From positions 1-22,671 of the forward strand of contig JBBIUB010000013.1 of the NCBI GenBank assembly GCA_037440465.1: 22,671 nucleotides of DNA, given 5' to 3'. The notes under the pieces were generated by a model. The model made no database searches. It had not been told where the DNA came from and was given only the letters and a program-made list of their open reading frames with translations. Numbering within the stretch: position 1 is the first letter of the stretch; each line of letters begins with the position of its first letter. A program made the translations under genes and the position numbers. Shown here piece after piece: positions 8,234 to 17,800 of the stretch. This DNA is from Coprothermobacterota bacterium (GTDB taxonomy: Bacteria > Coprothermobacterota > HKB111).

Positions 8234-8568
8234 TCTTCATCCTCCACTTCAATACTTTCAAGATAAAATTCTCTACCTTTTATATATTCCCCTTCTGTGG
8301 CTCCACAGTAAGGGCATATAAGCTCTATTGAACCAATAAAATAATTTCCACATTTACTGCAGCGGAATTCTGCCTCCACCTTCTCATAGGAAAACTGAGC
8401 TCCTTCTAAAATAGTTCCAGTAGTAAGGGTCTCTAAATAAAAGAAAAGGGATTCCGGTGATACTGAAGAATAATTACCTATAATCAGGTTAATCCCTTTA
8501 ATCTTTCGACCCGAAGCAGCCTCAAGAGCTATTTCAATTACTTTCTGAGCCAGAGATAGTTCGTGCAT
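8224..8568 (-). CDS. hypA: Nickel metallochaperone HypA
   Basis: N-terminal MHELS; CSKC and CPYC zinc motifs; GREFYLESIEV. Confidence 0.96.
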   Translation of the reverse strand: MHELSLAQKVIEIALEAASGRKIKGINLIIGNYSSVSPESLFFYLETLTTGTILEGAQFSYEKVEAEFRCSKCGNYFIGSIELICPYCGATEGEYIKGREFYLESIEVEDEDCG

Positions 8569-9037
8569 TTAAGTAGGGTTCGAGGGTTTCAGCAACTAAT
8601 TCAATAATCAGTTCTGTAGCGATTGTGATGAGTTTGCTGGTCTTTGGACTTAATTCGGTACCAAAATCAAAGTCATACCCCCTGATGGAGACCAGATAAC
8701 CCACCGGGCACCTGCCATAAAGCTTTTTGCTGAAATCCAGGATGGTAGCTGGACCTAATAGATGGGTGAGAGTTGAGCCTCTCCCATCTGTCTTTATCTC
8801 TTCAAAGTGAATTTCAGGTATCTCTTCACCAACACTGGCATCTACAAAGATGACCTTATCATAAGCACTTACTGCTTCTATAAGCTCTAACCCTAACTCT
8901 TGTTCTATTAGAAAGTCTGCTTCTACTTTTCCCTCATGCTGGAGGAGTTCTACCGTAATAATACCTGCTCCATCATCTTTGCGGTTAGTATTACCATAGC
9001 CTATGATGAGGCATTTGAGAGATAGATTGTTTGTTAT
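8534..9037 (-). CDS. hoxW: Hydrogenase maturation endopeptidase (HoxW/HybD family), absent from the ORF track; apparent ATA start
   Basis: Manual translation of a 168-codon frame: ITNNLSLKCLIIGYGNTNRKDDGAG...VIFVDAS...LTHLLGP...FDFGTELSP...ESN*; AAGGAGG SD 5 nt before ATA at 9037. Confidence 0.9.
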   Translation of the reverse strand: MTNNLSLKCLIIGYGNTNRKDDGAGIITVELLQHEGKVEADFLIEQELGLELIEAVSAYDKVIFVDASVGEEIPEIHFEEIKTDGRGSTLTHLLGPATILDFSKKLYGRCPVGYLVSIRGYDFDFGTELSPKTSKLITIATELIIELVAETLEPYLNARTISGSESN

Positions 9038-10458
9038 CCGTCCCTCCTTAAAGTATCAAGTAACTCATCGTTTGTAGATTTTAACTCCAGGATGAGTGGC
9101 ATCTTACCTATGGCATGGGTAGAGCAGGAATAACAGGGGTCATAACAACGGATGGCGCCTTCTACTCTGTTGAGCATTCCTTCTTTGAGTTTTTTGCCAT
9201 CCACAAACATTTTAGCAACCTGATCTACTGCCTCACTCATAGCCCAGTTGTTATGACCTGTGGAGACTATAAGGTTAACTTTAGTTAGAACACCATCTTC
9301 GTTAACCTGGTAATGGTGAATTAAGGTTCCTCGAGGAGCCTCTACGACTCCCACACCTTGAGGTTGAAGTTCACCAGTAGCTAAGATATCTGTGGAAAGA
9401 ATATCGTGGTCATTAAGTATCTCGCCCAACCTTTCAGCGGAGTAAAGGAGTTCTATCAAACGAGCATAATGGTAGAAGAGAGAACCTTCTACGGGTTTAC
9501 CGTTATTTAGTGACTTAAAAGCCTTAAACTCCTCATTAGCCATGGGAGTTGTAATCTTTTCGGAAACATTAAGTCGTCCGAGAGGTCCAACTCGGTAAAC
9601 TCCCTGAGGCCAGCCAGCCTTTTTGTAATAGGGCCACTTGAGGTAGGACCAATCTTCTACTCTTTCTCCTATAAAGTTGAGGTAAGTAGAAGGGTCAAAC
9701 CTTTCCCAGAGTTTTCCATCAGGGTCTGTGAGTTTTAGAGTACCATCATAGAGTTCAAGGCCATCACCTTTCTTTACCAAGCCCATATAACCAGTAGAGA
9801 AAGTACCAAATTTTGCCATAAGATCAAGATTAGCGCCAACCCAACCCTTAGCTATTGAAATACCTGTCTGGATAATAGAAATCATCTCGTCCAGCTCGGA
9901 TAACATAAGGTCTCTCTTTTCCAGAGTGAGAGCAGTATTTACTCCACCTGGAATAGCAAAAGTGGGGTGTATACGCCTCCCAGATATATTAGCAATAACT
10001 TCTTGACCGTATTTACGTATCTTAACCGCCTTAAGAGCCAGCTCAGGATTAGCTACAACGAGACCCACTACATTTCTTAAAGCGGGGTCACTATCCCATC
10101 CCAGAAGAAGGTCCGGTCCAGCTAAGTGAAAAAAATGCATAGCATGAGATTGAATATACTGCCCCATATGGATAGCTTCTCTTAAGAGTTTGGCAGGTCT
10201 GGGGGGTGTTGCCCCTGCTATGGCATCACAAGCCTTAGCTGAAGCCAGGTGATGACTAATAGGGCAGATGCCACAAATGCGAGGGGTAATTTGGGGCATT
10301 TCAAAGTAGGGTCTACCCTCTGAAAACTTCTCAAAACCCCTGAATTGGTCAATATGTAGATATGTTTTTTCAACTTTCCCGTCATCATCAACATATATAG
10401 TCACTTTGGCATGACCTTCAATGCGAGTTACGGGTGAAATGGTTATCTTTTCGCTCAC
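9034..10458 (-). CDS. hoxH: [NiFe]-hydrogenase large subunit, group 3 (3d/Hox-like)
   Basis: TRIEGH, RGFE, L1 RICGICPISH, EAPRGTLIHHY, L2 DPCYSCSTH followed by a 26-aa C-terminal extension; GTG start. Confidence 0.95.
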   Translation of the reverse strand: MSEKITISPVTRIEGHAKVTIYVDDDGKVEKTYLHIDQFRGFEKFSEGRPYFEMPQITPRICGICPISHHLASAKACDAIAGATPPRPAKLLREAIHMGQYIQSHAMHFFHLAGPDLLLGWDSDPALRNVVGLVVANPELALKAVKIRKYGQEVIANISGRRIHPTFAIPGGVNTALTLEKRDLMLSELDEMISIIQTGISIAKGWVGANLDLMAKFGTFSTGYMGLVKKGDGLELYDGTLKLTDPDGKLWERFDPSTYLNFIGERVEDWSYLKWPYYKKAGWPQGVYRVGPLGRLNVSEKITTPMANEEFKAFKSLNNGKPVEGSLFYHYARLIELLYSAERLGEILNDHDILSTDILATGELQPQGVGVVEAPRGTLIHHYQVNEDGVLTKVNLIVSTGHNNWAMSEAVDQVAKMFVDGKKLKEGMLNRVEGAIRCYDPCYSCSTHAIGKMPLILELKSTNDELLDTLRRDG

Positions 10459-10468
10459 TTAAACCTCC

Positions 10469-11014
10469 TTAGTCGTACTTTAATAGCTCTCCGATGAGGG
10501 CGGGACTTTTGCCTTCAAGAAGAGCTTTAAGTGCATAGTAGATAGCATCCGCAGAGGGAGGACATCCAGGGATATAAGCATCGACTTTTACAACATCGTT
10601 GAGGGCTTTGGCTCGTGGTAAAAGTTTTCCAATTTCAGGAGAGGTAGGAATCTTTCCATCAACTGTGCTTTCAGTTTCGATGTAACCCCTTCTCTTAAGT
10701 TCATCGAGGGAGAAATAATTACGCATGGTAACAATCCCACCAAAAACTGCGCAGTCACCTATGGCGATGAGAATTTTACATCTCTTTCTCATCTTCTTAG
10801 CCACTTCTTCATGGTGGTTTGTAGCTACAGCTCCTTCAATTATGCCTATATCCACACCCTCCTCAGGAGGTTCCTTGAGGTCGGTTACAGGAGTAGCGCT
10901 AAGTTCTACTCCTGCCAGAATCAGCTCTACTAGCCGCTCATCCATATCAAGGATGGACATATGACATCCTGCACAACCGTCTAACCAATCTGATGCTAAC
11001 CTGACTTTAGCCAC
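10469..11014 (-). CDS. hoxY: [NiFe]-hydrogenase small subunit (single proximal [4Fe-4S])
   Basis: WLDGCAGCHMS, IEGAV, GDCA, PGCPP; short 181-aa form with no Tat signal. Confidence 0.93.
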   Translation of the reverse strand: MAKVRLASDWLDGCAGCHMSILDMDERLVELILAGVELSATPVTDLKEPPEEGVDIGIIEGAVATNHHEEVAKKMRKRCKILIAIGDCAVFGGIVTMRNYFSLDELKRRGYIETESTVDGKIPTSPEIGKLLPRAKALNDVVKVDAYIPGCPPSADAIYYALKALLEGKSPALIGELLKYD

Positions 11015-11026
11015 ATTAATCCTCCT

Positions 11027-12721
11027 TTATAAACCCTTAGAAATCAATTTAAGGATTTCTTCATCTGTCTTAGCTTCTGCTGTTGGTTTCACGACCGGGG
11101 TAAGCTTCAGTATTTTACCTTCCATATTGGTAATTGTTCCATTAGTCTCTATCCAGGTTGTAGAAGGAAGAATTAGGTCAGCTCTTTCAGTTAGAGGGGA
11201 AAGATAGTTAGCTTGCACAATAAGAAACTTAACATCTTTCAAAGAAGCAAGCAAGTCGGAATCTCCACCATATTCTGAAGCTAAAATATATACAACTTCT
11301 GAATCATTCAGCTTCCCGTTCAAACCAAGATTTACAGCTCCCATGCTATTCCCTGCTTTAAAGAGGGGTAAGAAACGAGCTATACCTTGAAGTTTTGACA
11401 GAAGATTGACGCTCTTTAAACAGATACCAGGATCATATATTACTATAGAGCCTTCTTTACCAATAAAGGATTCAACTACCTTTTCTTTATCTTCAGGGCT
11501 ATAATGAGAGGTTGCGAAGAAAGATAAACTATGGTTCTCATCACCAACTATGGTAAGTTCGGTACCAGAGTTTGCTGCTCTCTTAATCCAGGAAGATATT
11601 ACGCCATGGTTTTCTGAAGGGTCTACCTTGTAAAGAAGAATGGCTTTAGCGCTAAGAATATCACCAAGAGTAGCTTTTTCCTTAAGCTTCAGGGCTTCAG
11701 GTGTAACATTTTCAAGAATGGCTGTATTACCATCTACCAGCTTTTGGAAGTAAGTTATTGCTTCGTTAGTAACCTTAGGATAAACAAGTCCGCCTTTAGA
11801 TTTGGTTGATTTGAGTTGAGTTGTAGCAGTAGCTATAGCTTCATCCCATGAAACTACTTCTCTTTTGCCATCTTTACGGATTATAGGATGAGTCACTCTT
11901 TTTCTTTTGTCATGGAGAGGAGAATATCTTCCTTGCTCGCAAAGAATTCCACGATTAACTGGTGACTCCCAGTCTCCCCAGATCTTTATAACATGGTCGG
12001 ATTTGGTGAAAGCAACTAAACCACAACCAACACCACAGTTGACGCAAACTGTTCTAATTTGCTCCATTTCTTTAGTCTTACCAAGATAAACACCTAATTT
12101 ATCAGCTAAGGCACCCGTGGGGCAAACCTGGACGCAGATTCCACAGGAAACACAGGAGGAGCTCTTTAGTGGGCTCTCCATATCAGGTGATAATAGAGAG
12201 TCTGAACCACGATTTACGATACCCAGGACATAATGCCCGCCCAGATCAGAACAGGCGCGCACACACCGGCGGCACAGTACACAACGGTTATTCTCAAGCA
12301 TTATATATTTATGAGTAAAATCTGTAGGAAACTTCTTCATGTAAGGCGAGAAGGCAAAATGGTCAATGCCATAACGGTATCCGAGATTCTGCAGTTCACA
12401 GTCTCCTGAGACTTCGCAGTACATACAATAGTGGTTTCTCTCAGAAAAGAGAAGATTAAGGATAAATTTCCTTGCTTCAACCACCTTTGGAGACTCTGTC
12501 TCTACCTCAAGTCCTGGTGTTACAGGTAAAGTACAGGCAGTCTGCAGGGCACCATTCTTGGTTTCCACCACACAGATTCTGCATGCACCCAGAGGGGTCA
12601 GAGAAGGATGGTCACAAAGTGTAGGGATGTCAACTCCTGCCTGCTTTGCTGCCTTTAAAACTGTTAAATCAGCATCTGCCTCTATTTCTTGTCCATTAAT
12701 TTTAAAAGTTACTTTAGACAT
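11027..12721 (-). CDS. HoxU/NuoG-like multi-Fe-S subunit with a C-terminal cofactor-less molybdopterin-oxidoreductase-like region (HydA of HydABCSL type)
   Basis: [2Fe-2S] (C..GACRIC..C), HYCMYC..C, CVLCRRC, CVSCGIC..CP, and an extra CVNCGVGC..C site; ADLILP..E..GTITN.EG tail; no H-cluster motifs. Confidence 0.88.
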   Translation of the reverse strand: MSKVTFKINGQEIEADADLTVLKAAKQAGVDIPTLCDHPSLTPLGACRICVVETKNGALQTACTLPVTPGLEVETESPKVVEARKFILNLLFSERNHYCMYCEVSGDCELQNLGYRYGIDHFAFSPYMKKFPTDFTHKYIMLENNRCVLCRRCVRACSDLGGHYVLGIVNRGSDSLLSPDMESPLKSSSCVSCGICVQVCPTGALADKLGVYLGKTKEMEQIRTVCVNCGVGCGLVAFTKSDHVIKIWGDWESPVNRGILCEQGRYSPLHDKRKRVTHPIIRKDGKREVVSWDEAIATATTQLKSTKSKGGLVYPKVTNEAITYFQKLVDGNTAILENVTPEALKLKEKATLGDILSAKAILLYKVDPSENHGVISSWIKRAANSGTELTIVGDENHSLSFFATSHYSPEDKEKVVESFIGKEGSIVIYDPGICLKSVNLLSKLQGIARFLPLFKAGNSMGAVNLGLNGKLNDSEVVYILASEYGGDSDLLASLKDVKFLIVQANYLSPLTERADLILPSTTWIETNGTITNMEGKILKLTPVVKPTAEAKTDEEILKLISKGL

Positions 12722-14342
12722 GTTTAAAACCTCCGCATTTTTGGGCTGGGCAATAGCCAGTTTCTATATGGCTTATAAATTCAGGTTTAAAATATTTGAG
12801 GGCTTCAAGAATCTGGTTGGCAGCAGCCTGTCCTAAGCCACATAGAGAAGTTCCTCTAATGACTTGAGCAAGATTCTGCATGAATTCAAGCTCTTCTACA
12901 GCGATATTTCCTTCAGAAACCCTATCTACCAGATCCAGGGCCTTGGCAATACCAACTCTGCAGGGTACGCACTTTCCACAGGATTCGTGATTGAAGAATT
13001 TTAGAAGATTCTTGAGAAAGTCTACCACGCAGCGGGTTTCATCCAGAACCAGGATGGCTCCTGAGCCCTGACCAGCCCCAATCTGCCTTAGTGATTTCCA
13101 GTCAATGGGTGTATCCAGATGGTCTGCTGGAATAAAACTACCCGAACTTCCACCCAGCTGAACCATCTTGAGGCTTTTACCACCTGGAACCCCGTGACCG
13201 ATTTCATATACCAGGTCACGTAAAGAGTAACCAAATGGAACTTCAATAACACCCTTCACATTTACATCACCAAAAAGAGTGGCAACCTTGGTTCCGCGGG
13301 AATCTTCCACGCCAAGATTCTTGTACCAGTCAGCTCCTTTGAGTACAATGAGGAGAATATTTGCCAGTGTTTCAACATTATTAACCACTGTGGGTTTACC
13401 CCATAATCCTACAGTTGAAGGATAGGGTGGTTTAAACCGTGGTTCTCCTCTTTTACCTTCCAGTGATTCTATAAGAGCTGTTTCTTCTCCGCATACATAA
13501 GAACCTGCACCATTTCTAACCTCTATGTCAAAGGAAAAACCAGACCCAAGTATGTTCTCACCAAGGAGACCGTACTCTCTGGCTTGTTCAATAGCTCTGT
13601 TCAAGCGAAGAATAGAAAGGTCGTATTCACCACGGACATAGATATAGCCTTTGGTGGCTCCGGTAGCAAAACCTGATATTGTCATAGCTTCAATGATAGA
13701 GTGAGGATCACCTTCCATTATCACACGGTCTTTAAATGTTCCGGGTTCTCCTTCATCAGCATTACAAATGATATATTTGGGGGTATTGGGTGATTTTGCC
13801 GTAAGTTCCCATTTAAAACCCGTAGGAAATCCTGCCCCTCCTCTTCCCCAGAGCTCTGCGTCTTTTACTACCTGAATTATCTCTCCTGGTTTCATAGAAG
13901 TTAACGCTTTTGCAAGAGCCTGGTAACCATCTTGAGCAATGTACTCCTTTATATCGTCAGGATTGATTAGCCCTACATTTCTCAAAACCAGACGCGTCTG
14001 TTTCCTTAATATTTCTTCTTCTACCGTAGGGGGTGCCTCTACTCTGGGTGGTGCTTCAATCTCAAAGAGGAGTTTTTTAACAGGACGTCCTTTAAGGAAA
14101 TGTTCTGTGACCAAAAAGGGTATGTCATCTTCATCCTTTAAAATATATATTAAACCTCCAGGGTAAACTGTAACCTGAACACCTTCTTCAACACCCCAAC
14201 CACCTGTTCTTAATATCTGAACCTCATTTTCTAATCCTTGTTTTTTTATCTCTTCCTTAAGCTTAGCTTCAATTTCCAAAGCACCACGTAGAATACTTCT
14301 TGAATCTGTGCTAATAAGAACATGAAGTCTATATATCTTCAT
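12714..14342 (-). CDS. NuoF/HoxF-like FMN/NADH-binding subunit, non-bifurcating signature
   Basis: GRGGAGFPTG, NADEGEPGTFKD, SYVCGEETAL, ESCGKCVPCR..SLCGLG; no C-terminal 2x[4Fe-4S] domain. Confidence 0.93.
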   Translation of the reverse strand: MKIYRLHVLISTDSRSILRGALEIEAKLKEEIKKQGLENEVQILRTGGWGVEEGVQVTVYPGGLIYILKDEDDIPFLVTEHFLKGRPVKKLLFEIEAPPRVEAPPTVEEEILRKQTRLVLRNVGLINPDDIKEYIAQDGYQALAKALTSMKPGEIIQVVKDAELWGRGGAGFPTGFKWELTAKSPNTPKYIICNADEGEPGTFKDRVIMEGDPHSIIEAMTISGFATGATKGYIYVRGEYDLSILRLNRAIEQAREYGLLGENILGSGFSFDIEVRNGAGSYVCGEETALIESLEGKRGEPRFKPPYPSTVGLWGKPTVVNNVETLANILLIVLKGADWYKNLGVEDSRGTKVATLFGDVNVKGVIEVPFGYSLRDLVYEIGHGVPGGKSLKMVQLGGSSGSFIPADHLDTPIDWKSLRQIGAGQGSGAILVLDETRCVVDFLKNLLKFFNHESCGKCVPCRVGIAKALDLVDRVSEGNIAVEELEFMQNLAQVIRGTSLCGLGQAAANQILEALKYFKPEFISHIETGYCPAQKCGGFKHV

Positions 14343-14344
14343 AA

Positions 14345-14827
14345 CTAATCCTCCTCGTAAGATTCCAGAATAACAGGTAACCTCTGGGGAGTTACATTAC
14401 CAAAAACATCCTCGTCAATCATAACTACCGGTGATAGACTACAGACACCCAGGCAGGATTGCTCCTCAAGGGTGAAATTCCTATCAGGTGTAGTTTCCCC
14501 TACTCCAATACCAAGCCTTTTCTCAAGAGCCTCCAGAACAACATCGGTGCCATCCAACTTACAAGGTGGACTGGAACATACCCTAACAATATGTCTTCCG
14601 CGGGGCTTAAGAGAGAACATGGAATAGAAACTAACTGTACTATACAGGGTACTGACAGGCATCTTTAGTTCTTTACTGATAAGTTTAAGAGCAGTAGCAG
14701 GAAGATGATTATCAGGATGAAGGTCCTGAATCTCGTGCAGTAAAGTTAAAAGTGGCTCGCCAGTAGCCTTGTACTTCTCAATAAGTCCTAAAATCTCTTT
14801 TGAGTAAAGAGTTTCTTCACATTTCAT
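14345..14827 (-). CDS. NuoE/HoxE-like [2Fe-2S] subunit (copy 2)
   Basis: SFYSMF, CSSPPC, CLGVC. Confidence 0.93.
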   Translation of the reverse strand: MKCEETLYSKEILGLIEKYKATGEPLLTLLHEIQDLHPDNHLPATALKLISKELKMPVSTLYSTVSFYSMFSLKPRGRHIVRVCSSPPCKLDGTDVVLEALEKRLGIGVGETTPDRNFTLEEQSCLGVCSLSPVVMIDEDVFGNVTPQRLPVILESYEED

Positions 14828-17800
14828 TTTGAACCTCCTCTTTCACATCACATCTTAAACATCTATTACACTCTTTCCTCGCTTGTTCAGCTGAGTAAGT
14901 TTTTACAACCTCTCTAAAGTTGTTTGTTCTTCTGGAAAGAGATATAGTTTCTGGTTTTTCTCTCTCCTGCTCCTCTTGGTCAGGAGGAATTTCCTTAGCA
15001 TAATCATAAGAAGCCTTAATAAGAGAAAGTCTGTCTTCACCGTTAAAGTAAGAGTCTATAGTTCGTGCAAACCTTTTACCCTGTCCCATGGCACCAGATA
15101 CTGTAGCAGGTCCTGTTACTACATCTCCACCAGAGTAGATCATAGGTATGGAAGTCTCGAGTGTATGCTTGTTTGTCAATACAAAGCCTCCTTTACTAAG
15201 CTCAAGACCAGTAGCGGATAGTAAACCTGCTGTTTCAGTTATCTGTCCTACTGCCAGGATAACATTGTCACAATCAAGGATTAATTCTTCATTAGTGGAA
15301 ACAGGTCTCCTACGACCGCCATCATCATATTCACCTAGGGTCATCCTTGTATAGCGAATGCCATTAACTTTACTGTCTTCACCAAAAATAGCGGAAGGAC
15401 TACCAAGGAAAATAAATTTAACTCCTTCATGTTCAGCTTCTTCTATCTCGTGGGGTTCAGCTGGCATATCTTCTTTCTCTCGCCTATAAAGGATAGTGAC
15501 TTCTTTTGAACCCAACCTTAAAGCTGTTCTGGAAGCATCTATGGCTACATTACCTCCACCAACTACTACCACTTTTTCTCCAACTAAAACCTTTTCACCA
15601 CTATTAACTCTCTTGAGGAAATCCAAGCCAGATAATACTCCCTCAAGGTTATCACCAGTGAGTTTAATAAGCTGACCTTTCTGAGCACCTGTAGATATAA
15701 ATATAACCTCAAAGCCCTGATGTTTTAGGTCTTCAATGGTGATATCTTCTCCCACTATGGTATTAAGTTTAAGTTCAACTCCAAGGTCAAGAATATTCTG
15801 AATCTCTCTATTTAAAAGTGCTTTTGGTAGACGATATTCAGGAATGGCATATCTCAACATTCCTCCTGGCTCAGGATTAGCTTCAAAGATGGTTGTCTTA
15901 TAGCCAAGTTTAGCCAGGAAGTAAGCAGCAGTTAAACCTGCAGGTCCTGCTCCAATTATTGCTACGCGATGGTTATTCTTTGGAATGGGTGGAAGATTCC
16001 CTACTTTGCTCTGTTTTTTATATTCTTCCCAATGGCTGAAGACATAATCCACAATGTAGCGTTTTACATTGTCAATAGCCACCGGCTGGTCTAACTGAGC
16101 TCTACGACATACTTCTTCACAAGGATGATGACAGACTCTACCACAAACTGCTGGTAACGGATTTGATTCAAGAATAAGGTCATAAGCATCAAATACTTTA
16201 TCTTCTAAAACTAATTGAAGGTAACCAGGTACATTGATGTTAATGGGACATTCATTTTCGCAGGGTGACACCATCAAATCGGAACAAACTCCTGCAGGGC
16301 AACGCTTATCAAGAATATGAGCCTCGTATTCATGCCTGAAATGTCTTAGAGTAGAAAGAACAGGATTAGGAGCAGTCTGACCTAAACCACAAAGTGAGGA
16401 TGACTTAATCAAAAGAGCCAGAGATTCTATCTTATCCAGATCCTCCATTGTTCCTGTACCATGCGTAATTCTATTTAAAATCTTTAATAGTTCTTTGGTA
16501 CCTGCTCTACAAGGAGGACATTTTCCACAGGACTCATCCGCTGTAAAAGTCAGGAAGAATTGAGCTATGTCAACCATACAAGCAGTATTATCTAATACAA
16601 TGAGTCCACCAGAACCCATGATAGAACCAAGGTCAGCAAGTGACTCGAAATCCAGCGGTGTATTTATATGCTGAGCGGGGATAACTCCACCAGAAGGGCC
16701 TCCAGTAAGTGCTGCTTTAAAGGTTTTACCTTCAGGGATACCACCTCCGATTTCATATATAACTTCCTTAAGAGGCATTCCCATTGGAACTTCAACGAGA
16801 CCACTATTATTTATTTTACCTGCCAGAGCAAATATCTTGGTGCCAGGAGATTTTTCTGTTCCCATGCTCCTGAACCAGGAAGAACCATGATGAATAATTA
16901 GAGGTACATTGGCTAATGTCTCTACATTGTTAATAACAGTAGGTTTTCCCCATAATCCCTTTTGAGCTGGATATGGGGGACGAGGTCTGGGTTCTCCCCG
17001 TTTACCTTCTATAGAAGACAGTAGAGCAGTTTCTTCTCCGCATACAAAAGCTCCAGCCCCTATTCTTATTTCTATATCAAAGTTAAAACCACTACCCAGT
17101 ATGTTTTTACCAAGGAGTCCTATCTCCCTGGCTCGCTTGATAGCCAAGCTCAACCTTTCAACAGCCAGAGGATATTCAGCTCTGACATAAACATAACCCT
17201 GAGAAGCTCCTATAGCATAAGCAGCTATTGTCATTCCTTCAACAACCGAATAGGAACTACCTTCCAGGACACTTCTATCCATGAAGGCGCCAGGGTCACC
17301 TTCATCAGCATTACATATTATGTATTTCTGATTACTTTCAGTTTTACGACAATATTCCCACTTAACGCCTGTTGGAAATCCAGCACCACCACGACCCCTG
17401 ATACCAGAAGTCTTCATCTCATCAATGACACCTTCTGGCGTCATCTCTAGAAGAGCTTTACCCAAAGCTAAATATCCATCTCGGGCGATGTACTCTTCAA
17501 TTTTCAAAGGATCAGTTGTTCCACAGTTTCTAAGAACAAAACGAGTCTGTTTCTTAAAGAACGGTATTTCTTCAAGTTTGGAAATAATCAAGTCTTTACC
17601 TGGTTCGGTAAAGAGTAATTGTTCTACCAGACGCCCTTTTAAGAAATGCTCTTCTACTATAATCCTGCTGTCTTCTGGTTTCAGTTTTCGATAAATTACA
17701 CCTTCCGGATAAACCAATAGTAACGGTCCTTGTTCACAAGCTCCTCTACAACCAGTTTCAATAATTTGAATCTCGTTTTGAAGATTGTATTCAACAAGGG

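Noticed and set aside
9034..10458. [NiFeSe] hydrogenase or selenocysteine recoding
   Set aside because: L2 is DPCYSC with normal Cys codons; no in-frame TGA at ligand positions in any subunit
11027..12721. [FeFe]-hydrogenase or formate dehydrogenase catalytic subunit
   Set aside because: No H-cluster motifs (TSCCP, MPC..K..E, MAC..GC..G) and no recognisable Mo/W-ligating Cys/Sec motif; too short for FdhA
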